This document shows positions 15,560 to 25,510 of a stretch of DNA of 27,183 nucleotides, piece by piece (position 1 is the first letter of the stretch; each line of letters starts with the position of its first letter). Below the pieces are notes generated by a model. The model ran no database searches. It was given only the letters and a program-made list of their open reading frames with translations, and had not been told where the DNA came from. The stretch comes from a virus (Duplodnaviria > Caudoviricetes): positions 1 to 27,183 of IMG/VR virus record IMGVR_UViG_3300033076_001413, one strand, 5' to 3'. Made by a program: the position numbers and the translations under genes.

Positions 15560-17908
15560 ATGAAGACACGATTTCTATTTCTGACGCTGGTGGTGTGGCT
15601 GGTGGCGACGGTGACCGGCCGTGCCGCCGTGGGCACGCAACCGCCTGGAAGCGGCGGCGGGAGTGGCGGCGGTGTCAGTGTCACCAACGGCTATTCGTTC
15701 AATGGGCCATTCAGCACGGTCAACGGCACAAACGTGTATTTGAACGCAGGCATTTCCAATCTGGTGCTTAACCCGGCGTTCACCAACGCGAATCAGGTCA
15801 AGAGCAACATTATCGTGGTGCAGGCGTCCACGGATGCGCTGGCCAACGGCACGGCTTTGACCAACGCCGTGAAAACGGCAGGCACCTTGGCCAGCGCCTC
15901 CAGGCCGATGCTGGTTTGGGTGACTCCGGGCAAGTATTGGACCCCGACGAACACGCTGCCGAGCGTGATGATGGCGGTCGATAACGTGTCCACCTATTGG
16001 GAGCCGGGAGCAGTGTGGATGAGCGGCAAGAGCGTGAGCGGTTCGGACACGGCGTTTATGTGGGACGATTCCGCAGGCAAGCGCACCAATGTGAACGTCT
16101 ACGGCTACGGCCAGTTTTACCTCACGAACAACAACGCGGCGGTGGTGAGCTTGGAAAACGGTTCGCGCATGAGGTTCTTTGCGCAGGATGTCTATGCGTC
16201 GGACGGCACCAACGGATCGGGCGGCGGGGCCAGCACGTTCAATTTCCTGACGACAGCGGCGGACTTCGAGGCGGAGGTCAATGATACGATTTTCTGCGAT
16301 ACCTACGACGCGTTCTATTTCTCAGCGGCGGAGGGGCACAAGGTTAAAATCAAGGCACGCAAGATCGGATCAAAGTTCGGGGACATCTTGGAAACCACCG
16401 GCAGCGCGGCCAATTGGGGCGATGTGATGATTGAGGCAGAGGTAATGGAGCGGACCGCGACGACCGGAGAGACGTGGCTGGGGAACACTTACATCCCGCA
16501 GCCGTCATTCATGAAGATTGGCGGCAAGGTCAGCGTGAAAGCCAAGGCTATCAATGTCTATTCCACCAACGGCGTGATTTACTCCGGGTCTACGACCAAC
16601 TACGGGCTGCTGAGTGACGCGGTGGTGACGGTGGCAACTAATTCTTGGACGGGCGTGATTGGCGACGGCTCGGGAACCGGATCGGCGCAATCGGGCGTTT
16701 ACCTCAAGAATGTGACCATCAACGGGCCGACCGGGCGCGATGCGCTGTTGCTCACGAACCTTTCGGCGCTGCCGACGATTCTGGAAAATGTCACCATCAA
16801 TTCCGGTCCAGGCGCAACCAATTGGGCGCGGGGCGTGACGCCAAGCAAGGTGCTGATTCTAGGGGGGCTGGCGCTGAATCCGTATCTGCCCTACGCGGCA
16901 AACATTACGGTAGTGGGAACGAACACTTCCGTCGCCACGGACATTCGCGGCACGCTGGCGGCGTCCGGGCTGGCGACGTTCTCAGCGGGCGCATCCATCA
17001 CGGGCGGCAATCTCACCGTGCGTGATAACGACATCGACAACAACCAGTCCATTTACACGGACTCGATGTTTATTACAAACGTGTTGTATCTGCCGTTGAA
17101 GGTGAACGGAACAGCGGCGGATGGGCGCGGAGCCTTGATTCAAGAATCCAATTCATGGGCGACGGCAAGGGACACGCTGAGGTTCAACGACGGCACAGCG
17201 GATGTGAAGGTGGTGGCGGCATTGGCCAGTGACACGCCGAGCAATGGCCAGGTGCCGACATGGAACACGGGCGGAACAATTACATGGGAGACGCCATCCG
17301 GCGGCAGCGGCTCGTCAAACATGGTCACAGCGGAAATCGGTCGGTTGAACATCACCAACGGCATCAGCATGACGGGCGCGGGCTCAGCTTCGCTGCACGC
17401 GCTGATGAGCTATCAAAGCGATGCGTTTGCGCTGACCAGGGCCACGAATTCGCCGGCCACGACAGGCACCACCAACGATTTCCAAATCAGCCAGAGTGCC
17501 AAACCAGCGGACGGACTTCGCCTGTTGAGCACTAGCGCGGGGCAAAACGTGTGGACGAATGGGCCGATCGTGCTGACGGTCACGGACACCAACCAGACCA
17601 GCATCAATGTTGATTGTGCGCTGCCCTATACGCATTACATCGTCACGACCAGCCGGACCAATTTCGACGTGGCTTTCTCCAATACTTACGCCGTGCGCGT
17701 GGGCCGCGAAATCATCGTGGAGTTTCCGACCAACCTCGTGACTACATCCGTGCAGGTGACGAACAAGGACGCGCAGACGGTGCGGTGGAACCGTGGATTT
17801 ACCACCAACGGAGCGCCGAGCGTGGTGAAGACGAACATCAACAACCTGACGTTGCTGTTCAGCTTCCCGACGACGAATCACCCGATTGTGGACGCGGCTA
17901 ATTACTGA
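15560..17908 (+). CDS. Large T/N/G/S-rich beta-helix (tailspike/adhesin-like) protein with signal peptide
   Basis: MKTRFLFLTLVVWLVATVTGRA leader; LVWVTPGKY beta-helix start; LKNVTI and LENVTI coils. Confidence 0.7.
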   Translation: MKTRFLFLTLVVWLVATVTGRAAVGTQPPGSGGGSGGGVSVTNGYSFNGPFSTVNGTNVYLNAGISNLVLNPAFTNANQVKSNIIVVQASTDALANGTALTNAVKTAGTLASASRPMLVWVTPGKYWTPTNTLPSVMMAVDNVSTYWEPGAVWMSGKSVSGSDTAFMWDDSAGKRTNVNVYGYGQFYLTNNNAAVVSLENGSRMRFFAQDVYASDGTNGSGGGASTFNFLTTAADFEAEVNDTIFCDTYDAFYFSAAEGHKVKIKARKIGSKFGDILETTGSAANWGDVMIEAEVMERTATTGETWLGNTYIPQPSFMKIGGKVSVKAKAINVYSTNGVIYSGSTTNYGLLSDAVVTVATNSWTGVIGDGSGTGSAQSGVYLKNVTINGPTGRDALLLTNLSALPTILENVTINSGPGATNWARGVTPSKVLILGGLALNPYLPYAANITVVGTNTSVATDIRGTLAASGLATFSAGASITGGNLTVRDNDIDNNQSIYTDSMFITNVLYLPLKVNGTAADGRGALIQESNSWATARDTLRFNDGTADVKVVAALASDTPSNGQVPTWNTGGTITWETPSGGSGSSNMVTAEIGRLNITNGISMTGAGSASLHALMSYQSDAFALTRATNSPATTGTTNDFQISQSAKPADGLRLLSTSAGQNVWTNGPIVLTVTDTNQTSINVDCALPYTHYIVTTSRTNFDVAFSNTYAVRVGREIIVEFPTNLVTTSVQVTNKDAQTVRWNRGFTTNGAPSVVKTNINNLTLLFSFPTTNHPIVDAANY

Positions 17909-17909
17909 C

Positions 17910-18659
17910 ATGAAGCGCATCCTGATTATCTCGGCTTTGTTGCAGGCGGTGGTATTCAGCGTCACAGCGGACCGTCGCAGGATGTTGCTTAGCCGAAACA
18001 CGGCGGCGGCTTCGTCGCCAACGCCCGAATTGCTGTGGTGGAAATTGAACGAAGGCAGCGGCACCAGCATTGCCGGTGCGGCGTCAGGCGGTGGCGACGG
18101 CGGAACCACAGATGCCGCATGGTTGACCGGCAAGAGCGGCAGCGGCAGCGCGTTGGACTTTAATGGAACATCGCAGGACGCGGCCACCAGTTCATCAATC
18201 ACCTTCGGAGCAAACATCATCACGATCTCGGGATGGTTCTATTTCGACGCGACCAACGCCAATCAAATCCTGGTGGAAAGCAGCTCAAACCTGAACGCAA
18301 ACAACGACTCCTTCAGCCTCTTGATCGATGCGGGGCAATTGTATCTCAACGTCCACAACGCCGGAGCGTACCGGAGCGGAACCTGCGCGGCGGGCGCAAC
18401 GGGCGTTTGGAAACACATTCTAGCCATCGCAGATCGTTCGGCCAATCCAAACGTGATGACGATCTATATCGACGGCGTCGATCAGGCGGCGACGCAGTCG
18501 GGGCTGTTGACGGCGGTGGCGAACCACGCGGCTTACACAGTTTATGTCGGCGCTCGCGGCGGCACGTCCCTTTTCTACAACGGGCGGATCGACGACCTGA
18601 GAATCTATTCAGGAAGCAAGGCCGCGAACGTGACCGCCATCATGAACGACGCGCAATGA
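17910..18659 (+). CDS. LamG/concanavalin A-like domain protein with signal peptide
   Basis: WWKLNEGSG, ALDFNG, TISGWF, WKHI, IYIDG, FYNGRIDDLRIY. Confidence 0.88.
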   Translation: MKRILIISALLQAVVFSVTADRRRMLLSRNTAAASSPTPELLWWKLNEGSGTSIAGAASGGGDGGTTDAAWLTGKSGSGSALDFNGTSQDAATSSSITFGANIITISGWFYFDATNANQILVESSSNLNANNDSFSLLIDAGQLYLNVHNAGAYRSGTCAAGATGVWKHILAIADRSANPNVMTIYIDGVDQAATQSGLLTAVANHAAYTVYVGARGGTSLFYNGRIDDLRIYSGSKAANVTAIMNDAQ

Positions 18660-20314
18660 GACTCGCGCTTTCCATCTTGCTTTGCTGCGCGCTCGGAGCG
18701 AAGGGAGCGACTTACTACATCGACTTTGCCTCGGGAAACAACAGCAACGCCGGCACGTCTACCGGCGCGCCTTGGAAACATTCTCCGGGTGACACCAACG
18801 CGACCAGCACCGCCGCATCGGTAACGCTCGTGGCGGGCGACGTGGTGAAGTTCAAGGGCGGTGTGACTTATCAGGGTTTCGTGGTGCTGACCAACGGAGG
18901 AAGCTCGGCCTCGCCGCTCATCTTTGACGGTAATTTTGCGAACGATTGGGGAACTGGTCGGGCGGTGTGGGACGGCATGTATCACACGAACGGGACGCTC
19001 TTGGGGGCCGTTGTTTCGATTAGCAATCTGGTGGTTCGGGGGTTCACGTTTCAAAACGCAGGCGGATATGATGACACACATCCGTTTGTCGTGACTAATC
19101 AAAGCCCGCAAATTTCAGCTTCCACGGGCGGAGTTGGTGTGATGATGTGGGGCGGCTCCCGTTACGAGAACATTGTCGTTCACGACTGTTTCTTCAACAA
19201 GATCGGCAACTGGCGCAATCACGCGTCGTTTACCTCGGATGCCATCACTGGCTTTGGCGTGGCGTTCCGTTACGTGTTCGGCGGCATGGTGAGCAACTGC
19301 GTCGTGATGCGCACACACACGGGTATCGGCATCTATTCCTGTCGCGACGTGACTGTTCACGGAAATGACATTTCTACCAATATCGTTTGGGGTGTAGACG
19401 TAGCGCCCCAGCAGACGACAGACATCATTTCCAACATCACGGTCAGCGCCAACGCCATCCACGACTACCCGCAGTTTGTGGAAGGGAACTGGCTGGGTGG
19501 CGGCGATCCTCCGCACACGGACGGAATCTTTGTTCGCGATTCGGCTATCACGGCAACGTGGTATCCAGTAAAGGTTCACGGCAATCGGTTTTGGTGCGAC
19601 TATCCCGAAAGCTCGCTTGGCGGAACGGCTTCCATTTTCATCAGCCAAGGCCCATCGGTGTGGATTTACAACAACGTAGTCAATTCTGATTCGCACACGC
19701 GCATGGTCAGCGTGGAGTATCAAGCAACGACAGACAATGATCAGTTTGTGCTGATTGCCAACAACACCATTCTGTCCTCGTCCACCGACCTGCTCTTTGC
19801 AGATGAGACGAACGACGTGCGACGGGTAATGTATGTTTGGAACAATATCTTGCTAAAGACACCGGGTGTTGCGGCCAACAACCCGATGATCACTGCCCTC
19901 AGCGGCGACCTTCCGAATCGACTAGATTACAATCTGTTTTACGACCCCGATACGGTTGCTGCATCGAAGTATACGCACGTCATACCGGCCTACACCCTGT
20001 GGGACAACCGCATGGCTTGGTATCAGGTGGACACAAATTCTGTGTATAGCAATCCGTTGCTGGTGGACAGAACTAACTCAGTTCCTAGCCTTAGAAACTT
20101 CCGTCCTATGGCGGGAAGCCCAGCGTTGAATCTCGGCACGAACCTGACGAGCTATTTCACAACAGATATTCTTGGCGCCTCTCGCCCTTCTTCTGGCGCG
20201 TGGACCGCAGGAGCATATCAGGAAACCAATTCGCCCAGCTCGGGCGGCAGCTCCATCACGAAAGCCGTGATGCAGGGGAAGATGGTGTTTCAGGGAAAGG
20301 TGGTGGTGCAGTGA
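18656..20314 (+). CDS. Right-handed parallel beta-helix (pectin lyase-like) protein with signal peptide
   Basis: MRLALSILLCCALGAKGA-TYYID..GNNSNAGTS..APWK; PbH1-like repeats; C-terminal F.P..GSPA...G...D..G..R......GAY. Confidence 0.85.
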   Translation: MRLALSILLCCALGAKGATYYIDFASGNNSNAGTSTGAPWKHSPGDTNATSTAASVTLVAGDVVKFKGGVTYQGFVVLTNGGSSASPLIFDGNFANDWGTGRAVWDGMYHTNGTLLGAVVSISNLVVRGFTFQNAGGYDDTHPFVVTNQSPQISASTGGVGVMMWGGSRYENIVVHDCFFNKIGNWRNHASFTSDAITGFGVAFRYVFGGMVSNCVVMRTHTGIGIYSCRDVTVHGNDISTNIVWGVDVAPQQTTDIISNITVSANAIHDYPQFVEGNWLGGGDPPHTDGIFVRDSAITATWYPVKVHGNRFWCDYPESSLGGTASIFISQGPSVWIYNNVVNSDSHTRMVSVEYQATTDNDQFVLIANNTILSSSTDLLFADETNDVRRVMYVWNNILLKTPGVAANNPMITALSGDLPNRLDYNLFYDPDTVAASKYTHVIPAYTLWDNRMAWYQVDTNSVYSNPLLVDRTNSVPSLRNFRPMAGSPALNLGTNLTSYFTTDILGASRPSSGAWTAGAYQETNSPSSGGSSITKAVMQGKMVFQGKVVVQ

Positions 20315-20829
20315 GGACACTGGTTTTGAGTTTGGGGTTTTGGGTTTTGAGTTTGGCGACCATGCGAGCGGAGGTGCCGCCGCAGCAGTCGCTGACGTTT
20401 GCGTGGGATGCGCCGACCAATACGCCGGGGCCGTTCACTTACAAGATGTATAAGGTGCAGGACGGCGTGACGAACCTCCTGTGGAGCACGACGAACACGA
20501 CGGGTGTCGTCAGCAACCTGACGCCCACGGCGTTCCGAGTGTTTGTGACAGCGAGCAATGAGCGCGGGGAATCTGACCCGTCCATTCCGGTGGTGCTGCC
20601 GGCGTTCCCGAATCCGCCGACGAAGCTCAAGCCAGTCTCCACCACGTTCCGGGTGGTGCCGCCGGTGTCGTTTGAGAAGACGGAGGATCTGATTTCTTGG
20701 GACGAACGGTTTCGGCTGTTCCGACCGGACAGCAACGGGGTGCAGGTGGTGATGCAGACAATTCATCCAGGAGAGCCGTTTGCGTTTTATCGGGTGAGAC
20801 CGGAGGCGCGGCCGGGGATGCCGAGGTGA
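20311..20829 (+). CDS. Fibronectin type III domain protein with signal peptide
   Basis: GTGA overlap; LTFAWD.P, VSNLTP, VTASN..GES.PS; C-terminal TEDLISW...FYRV. Confidence 0.75.
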   Translation: MRTLVLSLGFWVLSLATMRAEVPPQQSLTFAWDAPTNTPGPFTYKMYKVQDGVTNLLWSTTNTTGVVSNLTPTAFRVFVTASNERGESDPSIPVVLPAFPNPPTKLKPVSTTFRVVPPVSFEKTEDLISWDERFRLFRPDSNGVQVVMQTIHPGEPFAFYRVRPEARPGMPR

Positions 20830-20856
20830 GACACGAATTTCACGAAGTGACACGAA

Positions 20857-21120
20857 ATGCCCAAGCATAATTTCAAGCGGGACCACAGGGCGCACGGCGG
20901 GCCGGTGTTGAGCATGTGCAACACGGCACCATCGTTCTCGGAGTTCATGAAGGATTTTGAGGAACGCTGGAAACAGAAGTGCGAGGCGATGGGGTATGAC
21001 GACGAGGTGACGGCGCAGGAGGAACACCGGTTGCCCGTGCGCAGCACCAAAGAGATTCAGGCGGAGGTAATGACGGAGAACGCTTTGGCGGTGAAACGTA
21101 ACACTAGGGGAATCAGATAA
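20857..21120 (+). CDS. Hypothetical protein
   Basis: 87 aa ORF with TAATG coupling to the next gene. Confidence 0.55.
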   Translation: MPKHNFKRDHRAHGGPVLSMCNTAPSFSEFMKDFEERWKQKCEAMGYDDEVTAQEEHRLPVRSTKEIQAEVMTENALAVKRNTRGIR

Positions 21121-21356
21121 TGACGACACAGGCAAAAGCGCGGATTGAGTTTGTAGGGTTGATTGTGGGGGTGCTTGGCGGCATCGGCGGGATTGCCGGA
21201 ATGATCGGCGCTTTCTACCTGTTGCCCTACCGGGTGGAGGCGGTCGAAAAACGAATTGACAGCATCGCGATTCAGCGCAATGCCGACCATGAATTGCTCA
21301 CGCGCATTGAAGAACGGCTGATTGCCGTGCAGCAGGAACTGAGGAGGAAACAATGA
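21120..21356 (+). CDS. Single-TM + coiled-coil membrane protein (holin/XhlA-like)
   Basis: N-terminal Gly-rich TM helix, then LTRIEERL coil. Confidence 0.6.
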   Translation: MTTQAKARIEFVGLIVGVLGGIGGIAGMIGAFYLLPYRVEAVEKRIDSIAIQRNADHELLTRIEERLIAVQQELRRKQ

Positions 21357-21622
21357 GCGGACTGATTCGCAGCAGCACAACGGGCTGGGGAGGGTTCTTC
21401 CTCACGGCACTGGTTTACATGGTGATTCAGGGGCTGACGGATTTCTCAATCTGGCTGGCGGACGTGGGCAAGGAAGGCTTCGCGGCCGTGAGCTTGTATG
21501 ACTGGCTGGTGTTCGGCGCCAAGGTGGGGGCGAGCATGTTGATCGTGCTCCGGGCGCTGATGAACGGCAGTTATGGTGAAGCGAAACAACAACAACCAAC
21601 AGAAGAAAGCAAAGGTAACTAA
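21353..21622 (+). CDS. Putative holin (2 TM)
   Basis: 89 aa with two hydrophobic segments and a charged tail; ATGA coupling. Confidence 0.55.
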   Translation: MSGLIRSSTTGWGGFFLTALVYMVIQGLTDFSIWLADVGKEGFAAVSLYDWLVFGAKVGASMLIVLRALMNGSYGEAKQQQPTEESKGN

Positions 21623-21623
21623 G

Positions 21624-22118
21624 ATGAAACTGTTCAGAACGATCATGCTGGTAGTGGTGGCGATTGCCATTGTGAAGGTCTACGCGCGTGCGGAAGAACC
21701 GCAGGCGTTCAATGCGAAGGAGTTCAGTCTTTCGCTCTACGGCACGGGGGCGATTGAGACGGATGCGCGGGCAAAGGAAGCGGTATCTGTCGGCACGGGT
21801 ATTGGTGCGGATTACTTCATCACGCGCGGGTTGGGTATTGGGGCGCGGGCGGAGTTGTCCGACTTTTCGCATTCGGTGGTGGACCGCAGCAGCGGACGGC
21901 TGACGGCACGGGCGCCGTTGTGGGATACGGTGGCGCCGTATGGGTATGTAGAAGGCGGCTTTGACTTTGAGCGCGATCGGCTCTTTGCCGGCGCGGGCGG
22001 TGGGGTGGAGGCCAGATTCACCAAACGTGTGGGGGCGTTTGCGGAATTGGGACTGGAGACGACCACGCGAGGCGAGGCGACAGGAAGGGCGGCGGCGGGG
22101 ATTCGGTTGCCGTTTTGA
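21624..22118 (+). CDS. Small outer-membrane beta-barrel protein
   Basis: Signal peptide, alternating amphipathic strands (GIGADYF, APYGYVEGG, GGGVEARF, GAFAE) and terminal Phe. Confidence 0.8.
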   Translation: MKLFRTIMLVVVAIAIVKVYARAEEPQAFNAKEFSLSLYGTGAIETDARAKEAVSVGTGIGADYFITRGLGIGARAELSDFSHSVVDRSSGRLTARAPLWDTVAPYGYVEGGFDFERDRLFAGAGGGVEARFTKRVGAFAELGLETTTRGEATGRAAAGIRLPF

Positions 22119-22125
22119 ACATTTC

Positions 22126-22150
22126 GGACGCGGTGGAACGCGTCCCTACC
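22126..22150. repeat. GTAG-type REP-like hairpin
   Basis: GGACGCG-GTGGAA-CGCGTCC-CTACC (reverse strand begins GGTAG). Confidence 0.6.
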
Positions 22151-22160
22151 GATAACGACA

Positions 22161-24440
22161 ATGGCAAGGCCGCAACAGATTGGGGAAACCGATGAAGCCC
22201 GGAATTACATGGGCGATGTCGGGTGGCGGGGCGTCAATATGCGCCTCGACCCGGACCAGTTGACGGAAGGTTTTGCCAGCAAAGGCGTGAACATCCGTTT
22301 CCGCGATGGCACGCCGGAGACGCGCCGTGGCTCGATGGTGATTCCGTGGCTGAACAAAATCAGCGCGGGCACCATCCAGCCATGGGGCGTCGTCTACGGA
22401 CGCGGCACGTTCCGCGACCCGTCCACGTTCTACGAATACGAACTCATCGCCGCGGACGGAAACATCTACGCGTGCTTGGCCAACAACCAGCCGATTCTGC
22501 TCAACCTGCCGGCGGGCGAAACCGTCACGGATAAATGCACGTTTCTCCAGGCGTTCAACGTGGTGTTGTGCCTGCGCGGGTTCGATGCGGACCCGCTGGT
22601 GATGGACAATGTGACCACGGGCTTCACGGCCATCGAAGCCAGCCCGGAGGGCACGGGGTTGCTGACGATCCCGCGGTGCCGGCGCGGGGTGTTCATGAGC
22701 AACCGCGTGTTCCTGTTGCGCGAGGATGACACGCTGGTGGCCAGTGACGTGCTGGATTACACGCATTACACGGCGCTCAACGACCTGCGCATCAACCAGG
22801 GCGATGCGGACAAGGGCGTGGCACTGGCACCGTTTGGCGCCACCTCGCTGGTGGTGCTGAAGGAACGCAGTGTTTACCTCGTGGACAATGTGACGGGCGA
22901 TCTCGCATCCCTCACGGTATCCCGCGTCACCGGACGTTTCGGCTGCAAGGCAGCGGAAACGGTGGTGGATTGCGGTAGCGACCTCCTGTGGTTGACCAAT
23001 GAACACAAGGTGGCGGCGTTGTTGCTGACCATCCAGAACGAAGTGCAGGCGTCGCAGGGGGCGTTGGCCGGGAAATTCCCGAGCTTGAGCGACCCGATGT
23101 CGCCCTTGTTCGACCGCATGGCCGGGCAGTTCGCCAGCCAGGCCACGGCGTGCCTGTGGAATGACGCGTATTACATCGCCTTCTCGCTCGATACTGGGCG
23201 CATGGTGGGACAGGAATTGATTCAGAGCGGCAGCAAGGTGCAGACAATCACGACGGTGCCGGGGGATCGTTACGTGTTCACGGTGGGCACGGACGGCGAC
23301 CAGATTGTGAACGGCACGGAGACGATTTCGACCACGCGGGAATTCATCGCGCAAGGCACGAGCGTGACGCTGACGGTGACCTACATTTACACAACGAACG
23401 CCATCACCAATTCCAGCCTCAAGCGCGTGATGCTGGGGCAGAACAATGTGCTGGCCCGCTATGATTTCATCAACCAGGCATGGAGCGGCTGGGATGAGGC
23501 GGAGGATATTGCCTTCAAGCAGGTGTTCGCCGCCACGTATGTGAACCGCCAACGGCTTTTTGTGGTGACGCACGACGGTTACATTCGCCTATGGGAAGAA
23601 GGTTACGCGGACCGGCTTTCGCAGCCGTATGTGGATGTGACGGTGGCCACGCTTCCGGCTGCCGGCAATACGCTGCGCGTCAACGGCGGGACGACGGTGA
23701 CGGCGGACGTGGTGAACACGGCCACGCTGTGGGATTGCACGGACTTGGCCACGGCCCGGCGATCGTTGTGGCTGGAATCCGGCGGCGGTTATCGCATCGG
23801 TTCACTGAACCGCTGGACGTGTCCCAACGCGTTGCCCACCCTGTTGCCCATCGGCGCGGCCAGCTACACGCTCGGCACGGGCCTGCGCTTTGTGGCGACC
23901 AACGGCGTGCTGCCGGTGGTGGTAACCACGGGTTCATGGGCCACGCTCGATGAAGTGGTGGAACGGGACATCCAGGCAGAATTCGTGACGCGAGCCTACA
24001 CGCATCCCGAAGCGGAACTTTCCGAGTTTCACGGCTTGATTTTGGACCTTCAGACATGGAATGTCTCATGCAGCGTGAATTTGCTGGCCGATGGCGTGAA
24101 TGAAGATGTGACCGTGGCATCTGCGGTGACGAAGGATCGCACCCGGTATTACTTCCCGTTCGACGCGGCGCCCTACGATGTGACGAACGTGAACGGCGAT
24201 TTCTACACGGCGGGCCGCGAGGATTACAGCATCCAGCCCACGAGCGCGGCGTATGCCTTTACGCCCAGCGCCAACGTGAGCGGCGATTTGATGCAGGAAG
24301 CGCGCGAGCCGTGGGAGGTGACCTTGGCCGGGCGTTCCTGCCGGGTGCAATTGCTGAGCACGCGCGGACGCTGGCGCATGAGCAATTGCCGGCTGACGGA
24401 AACGATCGACGACAACGCGGCGGGACCGATTGCGAGCTGA
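22161..24440 (+). CDS. Putative tail nozzle / tail tubular protein B (P22 gp10/T7 gp12-like)
   Basis: 759 aa beta-rich; N-terminal GVN.R..P..L......VN.RF..G....R.G; FGC.A..TV. Confidence 0.7.
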   Translation: MARPQQIGETDEARNYMGDVGWRGVNMRLDPDQLTEGFASKGVNIRFRDGTPETRRGSMVIPWLNKISAGTIQPWGVVYGRGTFRDPSTFYEYELIAADGNIYACLANNQPILLNLPAGETVTDKCTFLQAFNVVLCLRGFDADPLVMDNVTTGFTAIEASPEGTGLLTIPRCRRGVFMSNRVFLLREDDTLVASDVLDYTHYTALNDLRINQGDADKGVALAPFGATSLVVLKERSVYLVDNVTGDLASLTVSRVTGRFGCKAAETVVDCGSDLLWLTNEHKVAALLLTIQNEVQASQGALAGKFPSLSDPMSPLFDRMAGQFASQATACLWNDAYYIAFSLDTGRMVGQELIQSGSKVQTITTVPGDRYVFTVGTDGDQIVNGTETISTTREFIAQGTSVTLTVTYIYTTNAITNSSLKRVMLGQNNVLARYDFINQAWSGWDEAEDIAFKQVFAATYVNRQRLFVVTHDGYIRLWEEGYADRLSQPYVDVTVATLPAAGNTLRVNGGTTVTADVVNTATLWDCTDLATARRSLWLESGGGYRIGSLNRWTCPNALPTLLPIGAASYTLGTGLRFVATNGVLPVVVTTGSWATLDEVVERDIQAEFVTRAYTHPEAELSEFHGLILDLQTWNVSCSVNLLADGVNEDVTVASAVTKDRTRYYFPFDAAPYDVTNVNGDFYTAGREDYSIQPTSAAYAFTPSANVSGDLMQEAREPWEVTLAGRSCRVQLLSTRGRWRMSNCRLTETIDDNAAGPIAS

Positions 24441-24442
24441 CT

Positions 24443-25108
24443 ATGATTGTCACCCTTGTTCTAACACCGTTCCAGTTGTCCGACACGGAGACGTGGACGG
24501 CGGCCAAGTTCAACCTTGGATTCAACCCGACGTTGAGCGGCACCGTGACCTTTGCCGATGGCAAGGCCGACGCCGTGGTGACGGCGACGACCAAGACCTT
24601 CACGACCTTCGACCTTGCCGGGGACATCCTGCGCGTGGTGGCCGGGCACGGCGCCAGCACGGGCCAGCGCGTGAAGGTGAGCAGCAGCACGACACTGCCA
24701 GGCGGACTTTCGGCGACTTACGAATACTATCTGAGGCCGGATACCACGAACCCGACCACCGACTTCACGCTGCACTACACGCTCTACGGGGCGCAAAACA
24801 ACACCGACCGGGTGGACGTGACGGACGCCGGCACGGGCACGCACACGCTGACGTATTACGTGTATGCGACCGGGGCGCCGCTGATTTACGACACGGGCGG
24901 AACGACGTGGGAGAAGGGCATCGTGAGCCCGGAGAATTTGCCGGAGTATGTCGGGGCGACAGCGAGCACGCCGGGCGTGCGCGGTGCGGTGCCGCCAGCA
25001 TCGCCAAGTGACTACGCCAAATTTCTGCGGGGAGATGGGCGTTACGCAGACCCAACATCCGGACTATCGACGGCGGGAAATCTGTTTTACTATTACGCAA
25101 CAATCTAA
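24443..25108 (+). CDS. Tail fibre/virion structural protein
   Basis: HG.STGQRV......LPGGL....YY domain; GATAST.G..GAVP.......FLRGDG motif. Confidence 0.6.
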   Translation: MIVTLVLTPFQLSDTETWTAAKFNLGFNPTLSGTVTFADGKADAVVTATTKTFTTFDLAGDILRVVAGHGASTGQRVKVSSSTTLPGGLSATYEYYLRPDTTNPTTDFTLHYTLYGAQNNTDRVDVTDAGTGTHTLTYYVYATGAPLIYDTGGTTWEKGIVSPENLPEYVGATASTPGVRGAVPPASPSDYAKFLRGDGRYADPTSGLSTAGNLFYYYATI

Positions 25109-25111
25109 TTT

Positions 25112-25510
25112 ATGGCATCAACACCCTCATTTACCGGCACGCCTCATCTGGAATGCGCACGATTAACATCGGCCAACACTAATTTGACCGCACCAAGCGC
25201 AGCGGTCTTGGTGTTTACGGCGGGTGGTAGTGGATCGCGAATTCAGCGAATTGACATTGTGCAGAGCGACGATCCGGGAGCCAATGACGACAACTGGGTG
25301 ATGTTCTGGTGGTATAACGGAAGCACGTATATTTTGTGGAAAGTGATTGATTTTGATGCGACTAATGTTGCTGATACAACGCAGCCAAACGCGGTCACGT
25401 TGTTATTTCCGGATGGGCTTCCGGTGCCCGGCACTGGCTTTAACAAATTGTATGCGGGAACTTTTGAAGCGCGTTCAGTAGATGTAAGTGTGTCGGGAGG
25501 AGATTTGTAA
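25112..25510 (+). CDS. Hypothetical virion-associated beta protein
   Basis: 132 aa; visibly more AT-rich; TAATG coupling to the next gene. Confidence 0.6.
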   Translation: MASTPSFTGTPHLECARLTSANTNLTAPSAAVLVFTAGGSGSRIQRIDIVQSDDPGANDDNWVMFWWYNGSTYILWKVIDFDATNVADTTQPNAVTLLFPDGLPVPGTGFNKLYAGTFEARSVDVSVSGGDL

